Shown piece by piece: positions 10,091 through 23,369 of a DNA stretch of 38,158 nt (positions within the stretch are counted from its first letter, which is position 1; the number at the start of each line of letters is the position of its first letter). This DNA is from Catajapyx aquilonaris (taxonomy: Eukaryota): contig KZ538969.1 of NCBI GenBank assembly GCA_000934665.2, positions 1 through 38,158 of the forward strand. Reading direction: 5' to 3'. A program made the position numbers and the translations under genes. The notes under the pieces were generated by a model. It searched no databases, was not told the DNA's origin, and saw only the letters and a list, made by a program, of their open reading frames with translations.

Positions 10091-13000
10091 CTGCAGGGAC
10101 AAAAAAGAGTGAAATTATTACATGTATTTAAATATCATAAATCAAGGCGTATAAATAAGGACACATGCATAAGTGTGAATTTTTTAACCACATTTTTTCA
10201 AAAGGTGGAAAGTATTATGTATACAGTTTCATTGACAAAGACTGTGTGTGCCTTCAAAAGGATTTTTAGTGTAATTTCACACAAAATAATTCAGTGAGCA
10301 AGTTAAAAAGGTGTAGGCCTGAGGCATAATTATAGAAAAGTAGAAAAGGTTTTCATATGCAACAGGCTTTTCAGCAGCTGTTGTGGAGTAGAGTGCGGGT
10401 TATAAAAGAAAATAATTACACTTTTGGCAAATTACAGTATCTTGCTACCCGCACCCGGCTTACTGTATATCCTACATGGCACTGTAATTAGTTTTTAAAA
10501 GTGCAGCGTATTTTGTGAACTGCGATACCTATAGTAAGTGCGCTATTTTACCGCGATTCTATACGGTAAGAGAACAGTGTAATCCAGGAAATCCCTACAC
10601 CGTATCATAGTAATAATTATTAATGACGGATCCCAGACAGACAAAATTGTGCCAGTGACTTAAATGAATTATTATGCGCTCATCTAGATTAATGAAATTA
10701 CCAGTCCATTGCAAAATCGACATCTGGATTTAGTTGGCGATTGAAAATTACCGCGCCATATGGAGTGGAGAGTTGATCCCGGACCACGAGGTATTCATGT
10801 ACGAAAAAAAGAGTAAAATTAACATTCAGTGGCCAGACTGGTTTCACCTTACGTAACTGTTTAACTTAATTAAGCTGTTACGCAGATTACATAGCCGTAT
10901 TAACATTTCAGTAGAGGCCTATTTAGCCGAATAATAAATCAGCAAAGGACAAACCTGCTGCATCGTTTATAAAACATTAGGTCGGTTTTATCCTGGCTGA
11001 TTTTAGTCACGATGTCCAGACCTGTTTTAATTGTGCAACCGGTCTTGTCAATAGAGTGAAACACCACTGAAAATACATGCGTGCGACCACCTGCAGCGGC
11101 CTTTGTGTAATCAAGTCTTCATTAGGACCATTTCCAGAATCTCCTGATGCGATGTAGCAACGTCGGTCCTAGAGTCGTGTAAAATTCAATCCCGTTTGTC
11201 AGGTGGCATACGAGACCCTTCACTGCCTTTCCCCACGACGCCCGGGACCAAAACTAGATCCATTTCGTCTCAGTGATATAGTCTCTTGAATTTTAAACAT
11301 CTTTAGCGGGCACTGCGCCAGTTTCATATATTAAACACCGGTTTTCTGCAGGGACGACACAAGGCAGGCGACACAGTACCAAGCGAAGCCTCAGTAACTA
11401 CATTTCCCGCCAAAATGAGTTACGCCGCCGGCCACGAAGAGCAGAATCCGGAGTACCTGCCGGCATTTTTGGTGTATCCGACTGAGATATGAGCCTTCGG
11501 AGACAGTAATTACATGTCTTACGGGAGGAGATATAGGAATGGGTAATAATATCCAACCCCTACTTTCGTACGTCTCGCCTTTTGACTTTTGGCCTGGTTT
11601 CACCCCCTGCTATATGCATATATAGGGAATTCCAATCATGCGACACTCGCACTTTGGCAAATTCCAGCAGCAAAATCAATCGGTTCGAATTTTTGCAAAG
11701 TGTATCATCACTGACGAGTCGCTAACCTTCGGCACAGATCTACAGTTGCCAAAAAATGCCGCGTTGGGCCGTAAACCTTTTTATTGTCAGAGGCCGCCAA
11801 AGGGAGCAAAACGGATGGGGAAAGATTTTTTTTTTAACCTCCCTGGTTCCCTCGACTTCATCCTTTCCCTTGTAATATAAACGCTTCCCCAGAGGAGGCG
11901 CATTTTCAGGTTGGCTAAACCTCCTGTGAAGCCGTAACCGCGTGAGGAAACGAGGTCGGGACGCCTATACTTTTTGGCGGCTGGTATACGAATCCATCGT
12001 GGTAGATGGTGGCACATCAACACCTACTGAAGAAAACAACAACAAATTCCCTTAAAAATAAGGCGCTGAACCCATATTTTCATTATTGCAATTTTTGATA
12101 AAAGATGTCCAAAATAGAATTCAAAACCATTGGATGATTTCTCCCAGTCAATAATGATAAAGTGTCTATGACTAGGGTTGGAGGAAGCTAGTGGAAAATG
12201 GGTCGAATTGACTGGAATGGTTGAGGGTTATCGCAACTTTGTGTACACCTGCCTCATTTAGTAAATGGAGTTGCAATGCTTGCTTGCACTCTCACTCTCT
12301 CTATTCACGCAATACTGGTTCAACAGTTTAGTGTGGTCAGTGGTGGTAGCCCTAGCAAGGCTGCAAGCCCCTGTGATTTGCGATTCTTCGCCTGCTGGCT
12401 TCTCTCTTCCCCACGGCCATTGCCACATCGATTTTTTTGTAACCCCCCCCCCCCCCCTCACCCTATACCCACTTTATAGCGAATCCCTCTCTCGAATCTT
12501 CAGTTTCACCTGCTCGGTTTGGTTGCAGGTCGAGCTCAGGTAGAAAGTCAATGTTTGCCTGTCGTCGAATCGACTTCTGACAGAATGTTGGACGGGGGAG
12601 AAAATATTGACGGTAAAATTCTGTTTAGTGTTTTGAGGTATAAGGCGAAGGAGAAGAATCGATAGTAGCGGATGTTATCGGAAATCTTCATTGAATGAAT
12701 AATACACAAAAGCAATTTAGCGCGCAATCGTATTGCTTTTCAAACACAAGTATGAATAAATTACTGGCATGGAATAAAGAAATTTGATCACGAACCTTTC
12801 GTTTTGCTTCCGCAAGCGCAATATTGGCAGCGTCATGGTGCTTACTGCACACGGGTTTAATATTTTACAGGCTGTTTTGACAGCCAGTCTCCGAGGACGG
12901 AGACCTCTTGCGTAATGCAAGTGAAGCCATGCACGAATGCAAAACAGCCATTGCATTTATCAACTTGTGACAAGGTTTAATACAGCTGCAGTAGATTGTT

Positions 13001-14074
13001 CGTAAAACTTGGTTCCTACTTGAGAGATGTTAGCAACCTTTCACATCGTTGTCAAAAGTTTGTCAGTGTCGATCTTCATTTGTATGAAATGCCTTCATTA
13101 ATTTATATTATCAGAAAGTTGACTTCTTTGACAGCTTTCCTCGAATTGGAAGGGAGTAGAAACGCAGGATGAGAAAAATGCATTTCAGGAAGATGTAGGG
13201 TGTTTCTAAATAGAGTGTGTTACAATAATATTATTCGAGCGTTTCTAATGATGCGAGATTTTTTGGTGATAAGATAATTCTTAATTAAGGTGAGATGGGA
13301 CAAGACAGGCGCAGACGTTTTGTCCGGGACAAGTCCGAACGCCCCCCATATCGATAGCCAATGGCAGTAGGCGACATAATATAATTATACGGATAAAAGG
13401 TTCAACCGATACATGTTTTCCTCCCGACTGCTATTGAAATCATAATACAGTACATGTGCACAACCGATAAAGTTTCACATCAGTTATACACGACCCAATA
13501 ATCGTAGTCAGCAGCGAAATGTTTAGCAGGTCTCCAGCTCTCCACGTCATGATTCCTACCTTTCCTATACGTATATGTAACAAAAACATGTCATAACTTA
13601 CCTATTTGATATCTGTCGGCCATTTTTAAATAGGAGATACGTGTATTCATACGAGCTGGAATTTCCCTGTGTTCAAACTTGGTCCACTTCATCTTTAATA
13701 TAAGTCAATTATTTTTTATTAGAGATGTTACTTTTACATGTTTTCAAACATTAGCCTACTGGGTAGAATATTACGTTGAATAAAAGCATCCCACTTGATA
13801 CGCGATAAGTTGTACAAGTGATAAACGTTTTGCTTGTCATTGGCAAGCACTTGTTATTTACGTTTCATAACTAACCTTTCGTGGCAAGTGACAAGTGAGA
13901 ATTACACGAAGCCTTGAAGGCGAAGACTCACACTTGAGATCTAATTGTGGTCAGCACGTGTTTCAAATAGGACATGCCACCGATGTCAAACCACCCTGAA
14001 TCATCCAACCAAATCATACGAAACTAAGGCCAGATTGCAGTTATTTGGAGAATTGTTACTAGCCTATAATAATT

Positions 14075-14429
14075 GAACCATGGAAAACAAAACCGAGCTA
14101 TCTCCAGTGAGGGAAAAAGGACTTGTGCACTTCTTGCACTGACCCATGGGAAAGCGGACCATCACACATGCGTGGAATTTTCCGGGCAGTTGCAGCCGGA
14201 GATTCAACACCCATCCACGTTGAAACGATACTTGTCGGACATGTAGGTATTGCACAGCACACGTTTGTAGTGACCCCCTCCCCACGAAGCCTTCTTGGAG
14301 TTGTTTCGGTTTTCTCTTCCAAGAGAGTGTGGAATACAAAAGTAAGCTAACTCCAATGGATTTAATCCATTGGAGGGCACAAGTCCTTTTCCCTCACTGG
14401 AGTTAGCACGGTTTTGTTTTACATGGTCT
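14075..14429. mobile_element. Non-autonomous DNA transposon/MITE (~355 bp) with ~55-bp TIRs and AATT flanks
   Basis: Left GAACCATGGAAAACAAAACCGAGCTATCTCCAGTGAGGGAAAAAGGACTTGTGC versus reverse complement of right AGACCATGTAAAACAAAACCGTGCTAACTCCAGTGAGGGAAAAGGACTTGTGC. AATT at 14071-14074 and 14430-14433. Confidence 0.88.
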
Positions 14430-15959
14430 AATTATATAAAATTACATGCATTAGGCCTTACTTTGTATAAATATATGCGACTTGAACAAGCACCTTACTA
14501 ATCAATTCGTGTTTCATATTACCGCACAAAATTAGTACTAATAACGACTAGCAAATATGACAAGTAAGTGGGCCATTTTACAAGTGGTTTGTTTCATGAA
14601 GTAGGACAAATTACGAGTGTCCGACAAATTACTCATCAAATGTAGGGAAAATTGGATAGCTGAGGCGAGCACGGTTCATTCAGCGATTAGTTCTCATATA
14701 CAAGTGTTGGGAGGGGTTCAACTCTGTCTGCAGCTGGGCCCATGGTAGCCATATTCTCAAGTATCTAGTCTCCAGTTTCCGAAAGAAAATATAGAACATT
14801 CCTCCCCAAAGAATGGGCCCTGATGCTTCCAACAATGTCTTTTATAGGCAAATGGCATAGGAATAAAGTTATGTAATGAGGGTAGGCCTACTACAATTGC
14901 GTTGCTGGCCATCATTGGTCATTGTATTTTGTAACACCACAACACTTTGCCATCTGAAAATTTTTTATCTCTATCCCACGAAGTCGGGTTTGGAGGAGGG
15001 GACATGGTGTGATCGATTTGGCATGGATTGACCCATAGCGCCAGTGCAGGACGCCATCTGCTTTTGCCTTCATCGGTTTTGTCAGTGACCAATCAAAAAT
15101 CCACTAGAGAGAATATAGCCTAAAGTTTGTTTTTCTCCATATTATAAGCATTTATTTTTGCACAGTTAATCTTAAGCATTATTATCTGTTATATTAGGCT
15201 GCGCGGACTATCATTTTTAGCACCTGACAAAAATGGGTTCTGTCACTAACAGATAGATGCCAATTTCTCAAATGTGCCATCTCAAATCCGCAATTCAAAG
15301 CTTGCATGGAGATTAAATTCGGCCTAATATGAGCTGCTATTTTAATTAACCTCAAAAATAATTCTTCAAACGACTTAAAACTGAGAACCTCGGTGCCAAA
15401 AATATTTAATCGCTATGGACACTTCCCCTGCAACGCACTGTACTGTATAATGTGGCAAGGTGATTGCCACGTGGTATTTGATGGTGGATTAAATGCATTA
15501 GCCATGCGGAGATATACGTTATCTTCGCCCAACATACGCAACCGACTGCACACGTTGGTGAAAGGATTACGTTAGCAATCGATCGGCCCGAGCCACACGG
15601 CAATTAAAACCTAGTTCCGATCCTTTGTAGCCACCTTGTATAGCTGTACGAATCGTACAGGCCAGGGGAAAGTGGAGAAGACTAGAGCGTTTTCTCCCAC
15701 AAACGGAATGGTCTAGTGTGTGACCTCCCAATGCCCCCTCAACCCCTACCCCCTATTTTGCGCGGAGTTGCGGCTTTTCTGGCCTCGTTTATGGTTAACG
15801 TCCGACATACCCACCCGAGGGAACGCACCTGTACCTCCGTTCCCAACGCACCAACCTTTCCTTTGTCTTTGGCATTGCAACTGAAAACTGACTGTAACAT
15901 TCGCCAACCACAAACTACACAAATATTAAACAGTTGTAAGTACAGTATATGCAGCCACT

Positions 15960-15960
<1 letters not shown>

Positions 15961-16034
<74 letters not shown>
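15961..16034. repeat. (AAT)~24 microsatellite
   Basis: Perfect ataataat... run; it explains the poly-Tyr in ORF 15739..16272. Confidence 0.98.
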
Positions 16035-16037
<3 letters not shown>

Positions 16038-16109
16038 GAAGGTCGGGTGATGGCTGCAAGCTATTTCTGTACAAGTCCTCGGAAAAGACAAATTGGGGAC
16101 GAGAAGAGA

Positions 16110-16500
16110 GTAAGGACAAAGTTTGGTGATTTAGTGCATGACAGTCAGATGTAAAGTCTAGTAGGACAAGGAAACCGCGCGAGTTTCTTGTAATTTCTGC
16201 GAGTGAGAGACTTCTTTTTATCACGGAAAGAAGTTTAGTTTTGGCCGAACGGGACGGGCCTTGCCAACTCAAATGCCCCCTTTATTTCACAGATTTAAAA
16301 AGTTTCTTCGGTACCAAACTTCGAAAACTTCATGACAACGTGTTTGGCAAGTTGACGCGTAATATTGTGCAGAGTTTGCAAGGTCGACATGTAGTATTAC
16401 CTCGAATTGCAGCCTTGTTCTATCCCTATACCTCAGAGAGGATTAGGCTGTATTTATGGGAATTAGTTCTGCTAACTCTAATTAGTTTGGAGAGAAATAA
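16110..16500 (-). mobile_element. Decayed L2/CR1-group RT N-terminal fragment
   Basis: LAELIPIN (WKxAxVxPIxK), NLPNTLS/VFE (RPISLL..LSKVFE), HLSWQGPSRSAKTKLLSV (QxGFR..STxTALL), LVLLDFTSDCHALNHQTL (LVLLDxSxAFDxVxH, with correct D-to-H spacing). Confidence 0.6.
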
Positions 16501-17109
16501 TAACTTAAGATTTGTAATTAACGAATGTGCACCGCTTCTTGCAATTTACACCACAAAGGTGAGCGGCTAAAACAAACACCATCTCTTGTGTTTGAGAGAG
16601 AACACGACGCTCTGTACTCTTTGTAAGCTGACACCAAGAAATTACGCTACTTTGCGAAGAGTTTGCACGCATAATCATGTCGTTTATATAAATTCACCAT
16701 CCTTTTGCAGCACGTCGAGTGGGTAAGACGCTGGAGAAACAACTTGTTACGCGTGGAATGGCACGAATTTTGTTGTGAGCTGGAAGGAAAACCCTACATT
16801 CTATGATGTCTAGTAATGTCAACCCATAATGCAAAGAGGATTACGTCAGGATTTATTTTGATAAATGGCTGGGGACGCTTCCGGGCAACACGGAACTTGT
16901 TTGGATGTTATTCTTTTCCACTAAGGAGGAGTGTTGGTAATTTAATTTGGAGAATAATTTACTGCTGTCATGGCATCAACTTCATCACATTTTGTCATTC
17001 TCACTAAACCCCAATTAGCTACTGCACGTAGATTAGCAAGATGATATGAAGGCTTATACGTTATTTCTTAATAATAGTAATAATATGCAGGGATTTTATT
17101 TTTACAGTT

Positions 17110-17320
17110 GAACAAATCGGAAAATGCAACATGTAAGTTCCGAGAAAAACTAATTAAATCGATATCTATTAGTAGTTGGGAAACGACTCTAATGGCCACA
17201 CGAAGCTCCAATAGCTCCAGTGAAACTATGCAGTTCCAACTTGATTTGCATTTTGACCATGGCCCTTCTTGCCCCTCCCCATACACCAAAGACGCACAGT
17301 CCTTCATCCTACTAATCCAG
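17110..17320 (+). mobile_element. Possible CR1/L2 ORF2 endonuclease-RT linker remnant
   Basis: KFREKLIKSISISSWETTL...SN...FQLDLHFDHGP resembles the F..L...W...N...F...FD...P linker pattern; weak. Confidence 0.25.
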
Positions 17321-18739
17321 GTCCAAAGTGCAAAATTGATCGTGTGTAGTGGAAAGTAAATGCATTTCCTGGCAGAGCGAAAATTACGTCTGGCACAACT
17401 CTCTCTCCCTCTCGCCAAGTGCAGCCAATAGATAAGTCTATAGAGAGCCAATCCTAAGCTCATTTACTATCCCCCGACATTGCTGCGGGCCTCCGGAAGG
17501 AATCTGGCGCGTCAGAATTTTGCAAATGAACCGTCTGAAGTGCGAAGCTGCCAAATATTCCTCCTCGACCCGGGCTTGACGAATTAAGGGGGTGCACGAA
17601 ATAACCAGCGGGGAATTCCCTTACCGGAAGCCACCAAGCCGCTTCCTAAGACAAATTATTCACCTTCTTCTTCTTCTTTTTTTTTCTACCGCCAGGGCCC
17701 GTCAGAATTTAAGAGCAATAAAATTGCCATCACGTAGCGTAAGCGGCGCCTTCCACCGAGAAAGGCCCTTTCCCCACCCTCCTTTTCCCCCACCCACTAA
17801 CCCCTTCTTGGTATGCCCATCCGGACCCTAGTCACAACTCTCCATTTGCATGCAGTCAAACTCGGGGAAATGAATTTTCTCTGATTGCCCCAAAAAAGTT
17901 CGCCAGCACGGAATAAGCACCGCGAACTGCAGCTGACTGGCAATCTATATAAAAAAGGAATCGGATTATCCCTTTTCATCCACAGATATAACTCGATGTA
18001 TTACGACTCGGTTAGGAGAAGAAGTGAAAAAAAAGAGAGGCTGCGGTGATGATTTTTGTATACATTTTTTGGAGGAAGGCTAAAGCTGGGTTTTTGGAAG
18101 TCTACGTGGCTATACTGCTAATAATGAAGGAAGAAAAAAAAATAGGTTCGCGCCTTGAGCAAAGAAGCAGGACCCATTTGCATATTTCCGCCTAGGTGGA
18201 AGTTATACCAAATGAGTCAAGTTGAAAGGGGGTGCGCGGAAGAAATTAGTCTCATTTACTTCGGGGGCCAAGGAGCCGCAATTCAGGAGTTGATAAAAGC
18301 AGGAGTGCGAATCTTTGTCAGCGAATTGAATCGCTTTTGGATGTACGGTGCCTTGCAATACCCGAGAAAGGAAAAATATATATATATCTGCATATTGATT
18401 GCAGCTCGGTGATCCAATTATGACCGCCATTTCAACGCAATATACCTGGGACGATCAACTTATCATGTCTTAAACAAAACTTCTTGGTAATCAAAACTTT
18501 GGCAAAACCAGCCCCCCGAACTCGGCCTAAATAACTCCACTAAATCATCGCGCTTGGCTGTGCGAATAATTCCATAAAGTTTCCCGATTAACTGTAGCAA
18601 CAGTCGGAGTAAACTAAGCACAACTCACGCTAAATGCGCCATTACCAACTGATATTTGCATTTCCTAACTAGATGTAAACGCAGGTGACCCGGATCGAGA
18701 TCCGCGAAAAAATAATAGAGAGGGAATAACGAGGTGCTT

Positions 18740-19120
18740 CTGCATAATCTATTATGGAGCCATTGAGCAAACTGTCACACAGCCATACATGGTTGTGGGA
18801 TGAGTTAATGATGTCACATTCTTCAAGAAGCGACAATGTATCATCACAGAAACTCCGACATGTCTTGTGGGCATGTGGAGTTGAAATTGGGTCAAAAAAG
18901 TGTTGGGTACCAATAAGAAATGTAGCAAAAACTGATACTGTATACGTTATCAGAGAAAAGTTTTTTTTCCTGAACATTTCTCATTTTCTTCAGAGAGTAG
19001 TTTTTGATGATCATCTCCTCATTTTTACAAGTTCCGAATTGGCAATTTTCTGAGTTTGAACAGTTTGAAAGAGCGTAATTCATGTACTGGGCTAGGAAGA
19101 AAAAGCAAATAGTTTCATTA
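18740..19120 (-). mobile_element. Decayed CR1/L2-like RT core fragment
   Basis: IIKNYSLKKMRNVQ...FSD (KSYLxxRxQxV...S), IGTQ..FDPI (GVPQG..LGP), SFCDDTL (FADDT), INSSHNHVWLCDSLLN (W...LxLN), in the correct order. Confidence 0.5.
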
Positions 19121-19729
19121 CTTCGAAACAGAGACATTTTTATGGGCCTACTCCATCAATACAAGGCAGACAACCATGTATTATAATGTCCAGTTTTGGG
19201 TCCAATTGCCCATAACTATGTTAACCTAAGATCAACAATGGTAGTCCTAGTAGCGTGCTTGGCAGTGGTGTTAAAAGTTTGGTTTCTCCCATTTGTTTCG
19301 CGAGTTAATATCGTGGAATAATAATCGAAGGGCGTTTTGATGTCGAATTTTCCAGGCAAAACTTCTTTTTTTTTACCCTTACAATTTATATCGTCAGTCC
19401 TTGCAACCGCTTTGTTCGCCTCAGCTAATGGGAAAGCTGGAGTAGTTTTGTATCGATTTTTTTCTTCCGTATATTGGAAACATTGGTACCATCAGGACAA
19501 GGGCCATAAGTTAAAACGACTGGTCTCGTTCTTTTTTTTTATCACCCTATGATTTCAAAAGCGAGTTTGTGTCACATCACGTAAAAAAGTATGGGGTATT
19601 TTATAGTGACATACTACACTCCAAAAAGTATTCATGTGTCCATAACTTCAACTCGACAATGACACTGTTAATGTTCCTCAATTAATCAGCCTTATCGCCA
19701 AACCGAAAATTAATAGCTAGAATCTTGAC

Positions 19730-19950
19730 CATCGTTAGCTATATCAGTTAGAAGTTGCTTCAAATTAGGCCTATTTTTGGGTGCACATACAGTATCATAA
19801 TGCTTCATAAAGTTTGCAGTACACTCCCAGTTCAGCACTTGTTTACAAAAAAATGCATTAGACGTCAAAATGTGTTTGAAATATTTGGTTTGCCCCCACA
19901 TCAATGTCATACACTGGCGAGCCTTGAAAGCCTGGCATCGAGGCAAATTA
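19730..19950 (+). mobile_element. Decayed CR1-like RT C-terminal fragment
   Basis: QIRPIFGCT (IRPxLEY), VQHLFTK (VQxxFT), LASLESLASRQ (LxLxSLxxRR). Confidence 0.45.
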
Positions 19951-20862
19951 TGAATGTGCGCCGATGCAATTTTCACGTATTCGTCACAAATTGATCCCTG
20001 CTTTTCCCATTAGTTCAACCCAGTTACATCCGGCACATGCTGGTGATATTTTCAAGCAGCAGCTGTCGGGAGCCCCCCGAATCAATTCGGTGTTGCATTT
20101 TCTCGTTTCCCACATGCCGGCAGGTATACGTTTCTCTGTTAAGGAACGACAGCGGAGGCGCTAATGGTATGCAAACAGATGAGGCCCGTGAAAAAAAAAA
20201 GCAAAAAAAGGGAAACTAATCTCCCTTTTCGCATGAAATTTCTCTATACCTTCTGCCATACAGATCATACACGGTGCAACATCTCCATTCCCTGCCTGCC
20301 TGATGTAATGACATGTATGCGCATCGAATCTAATTAGCCGCACATTGAATGTCAGTCCGTCATATTTTTTTTTGGCCTCTGATGCATTAGCGAGTTGTGA
20401 CCAGACAAGCTTCTGATTGTGTTCGATTTACTCAAGTGACGTAACTATATGGGTGGGAAATGGACGGTCGATGTGGGTGATCAGAGTGAACTTTTCCCAC
20501 CAGCAGATAGTGTACTTAAGTGTTTAAAAACATTGATCGACAGTGCTCTTGCCATACCCCCTTTATATACAAAATCCTACTCTTTACTTTGGTTGGAAAT
20601 TTTGCGTGTGAACCGCCCATTTCGGGCGTGGTCGATGACGGAATATGTGTCCTACCGAATTTTCGGCCTTTGCCAAACCAAATTTTCGTGCTTCCTGCCT
20701 TGGGTCGGAGAGGTAAGGGGGGGCCTACAGCATAGCCAAAAAGGCGACCCTCCGCATCTACCATTCCATTCAGGCCGCCCCTGGTTGATTTTTAAAGAAG
20801 TGCCCCCCGTCCCTAGAATTGTGCGTGGAATAGCCTATTTCACAAATGGAAAGAAAAAAAGG

Positions 20863-20893
20863 GAGAGAGAGAGAGAGAGGGAGAGAGAGAGAG
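20863..20893. repeat. (GA)n microsatellite, interrupted once
   Basis: gagagaga...ggg...gagagag. Confidence 0.95.
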
Positions 20894-21712
20894 GTGGGAG
20901 ATGGAGACCATTGGGGATAGTTGGTGAGAGGCCAGAAGGTAAATTTGGGAGGGGTGAGACTGCACGTAGGCAATTACTTTGGTGGAAACCCATCGAGTCA
21001 AAGGGATTTTTTTAAGCGTGGGAGGGGGGGTCGATTGTACACTATTACATTTCTCATTTACAGATGTGCCGGTCGTTTTTGCCGGAAATACGGTACTATC
21101 AACGTGGCAGAGAGGAGGAAACTTCTGAGGGCCCAATTCCGGAAATGCTCTGTATTGTTTCTGGGCTGCTTGAGAAACATGACATCCCCGTGTATAATTA
21201 GTTTCCTTTTGTGAGTCAAATTATGGTCAATTATTCGCAAGAGTAAGTTTCGGTTTTGCCTGAATTAACTCGAGTTACTGTAGAAACTACAACGTGCGCT
21301 CTTTTATCCGGCTGCAAAAACAACGGGATGCATAGCAAGTGTTATTGCGTCATTACCAAATTGTAATTTTCCAGATATAGGCCAATCCTCATTAATAGTA
21401 GTTTAAAGTGGTGCAGAATATATTTTCCGGCGGTGGTAGTGCCATCAAGTCCGGAGCAATAACCATAACTTTAATTTTGCGCTTCACTATAAATATAGAA
21501 TCACGCTTGTGTAGTCTGAATTAAATATTCAGCCACGTTGAGAGCTTTCTACCTCCCGCAATAAATTTAATCATTCACTTTAATCGAAGAGTTGGCGCGT
21601 TGCAAGTGCAGTAAGTCATCATCTGTATCGACCCGCCTGGACGTTTGGAATTAGAGGGGGGGTTCCCAGCAACATGTTGCCGAAATGAGGTGTAGCACCC
21701 CCACGCTCCTTT

Positions 21713-21886
21713 TATACACTCGATATATACAAGATCGAAGCCCAGGCTACCCTTTTAATATTTTAGTCACTTATATTGATGCAGTCAGCACTAGGTCGGC
21801 CCCGGGGCAACATATTTCTACCCAGCGTGATAATATACAAACAGAACTTCGATCCTCCTCGACCCTGTATATACATAGAGTGTATA
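21713..21886. mobile_element. Small degenerate MITE with TA-rich termini
   Basis: Left TATACACTCGATATATACAAGATCGA versus reverse complement of right TATACACTCTATGTATATACAGGGTCGA. TA-CAGGGT resembles Tc1/mariner ends. Confidence 0.5.
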
Positions 21887-23084
21887 TAATGGCGGCAACT
21901 TCCAAGGAGCTGTATGGTACCAGTCTACATGTGCACAAACTACACCCAAGACTAATCACGTCGATCTTTTCTCCCTGGGTGGGCGTCTCTGACCGCGTAC
22001 CATGCGAGCCAGTTTATTGGAAATCTGGCCTCCAGGTTCGACTGCACTGTACAATTCAGAGGCAGTTTAAGGGAGGCCACAACAAGCCCGGTTGCGGTGG
22101 TGGACCTGGGGGGTGGGGTGGCCGGAGGAGGTGGGGGGTAGAAAATAAATGCGAATATTGCAAGGTAGCATTGAAAGTGGGAATGGCAGGCATCACGGAC
22201 AGGGGCGATAACTTTGTTTGAATAGTCACGCAATGCTAGAAAAACCCCTTCATTCGGCCACTTATTGGAGCAGAAAGTGCCACGCACAGAACCCCTGGTG
22301 TCTGTTTTATTTACGAAGCTTGTCAAAGAGACGTGTGGAAAAGCGCGCGACACCTGGCCACATAGGTTAAAAGCAAAAAAAAAAAAAAAAATTACGCCAC
22401 ATGGCGCTCAGGTCAGTGTATCACACTGTCCTCTCATTTTAGCCATCAGTGTGGGCAGGCCTAGTTGGCATTAAATAATAATAAAGAGCAAGTACATTCA
22501 GTAGCCGGTAGCAACACCCATTTAACTAAGAGTGTATAATAGCTGGTCACACTATTAGCTCTGCAAATATCAAGCCTGTACTAAACTTCCTAATGGGTGT
22601 TTAAGTATTGATTGCTGCTCATATCAGCACTGCATTTTCTTGCAGGATGTCGAATACATCGATCGCCATATAATCAATGGACTAGTCGTGTAAGGCAGTT
22701 AATATTAATATAAGAACCACGAAACAATGGAGTAATTACTGCGATCATTTCTATTACTTGCTGACTTGTCCTGGGCGATTGGAATATTTTATCCTGGGAG
22801 TTAGGGAACTCTCGTAGCAAACAAGGCGAAATGGTGGATCTGAAGAGTCAGGATAAACGCTGCATTGCTACTTCACTTTTGAACGTGACACACAAGATTT
22901 ATAGTAATCGTTATTCTTTTTTTTTGCCAAATAACAGAGCGCACGTAATATGGACCTGTGTCTAGCAGCTAGGGCAATACAGGAGTTATGGCAAAGCAGT
23001 TTTGCGGGCCCTTGCAGATAAATGAGAGCATCCTCCTAGAGTGAGTATGCCCTTGTGTTGAGGAGCAGTCGTAATTGAAAGAGA

Positions 23085-23170
23085 GGGTGGTTCTACCGAG
23101 CGTGACGCAAGTGTGACAGGGGGAGGGGGAGAATGTGAAAAATAGCGTGACGTAATTTATGGACCGCCTT
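23085..23170. mobile_element. One end of a common arthropod MITE type (terminus GGCGGTCCATAAATTACGTCACG on the minus strand)
   Basis: GCGTGACGTAATTTATGGACCGCC preceded by GTGAC repeats and GGGGGAGGGGG. The partner TIR is not recognisable. Confidence 0.5.
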
Positions 23171-23369
23171 TTACAGCTGAGGTTGTCCGGTTAAATGTAA
23201 TGTTTCACAAACCTAGCCTCCCTTTGAAATCTGCGCATGTTTTATCTCAAACGGCCTAGAGATACGCGTTCCCCTGCATTTCAGAAAGCAGCAGACATAG
23301 TATGGTTAAGAACATCATGATGACTGACAATGCTAAATATAATGGTAACATCGGGAGGTACAGGCTGAG

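Noticed and set aside
10434..10570. Possible Tc1/pogo-type MITE ending in ATACGGTA
   Set aside because: Only one end is convincing; the left TIR is too degenerate to support a call.
15739..16272. 177-aa ORF with poly-Tyr
   Set aside because: A decayed RT fragment read through an (ATT)n microsatellite; not a gene.
20449..21015. 188-aa ORF, the longest in the window
   Set aside because: No recognisable motif, spans a (GA)n repeat, and has no supporting exon structure.
21685..22221. 178-aa ORF
   Set aside because: Runs through a MITE and a G-rich low-complexity tract; not protein-like.
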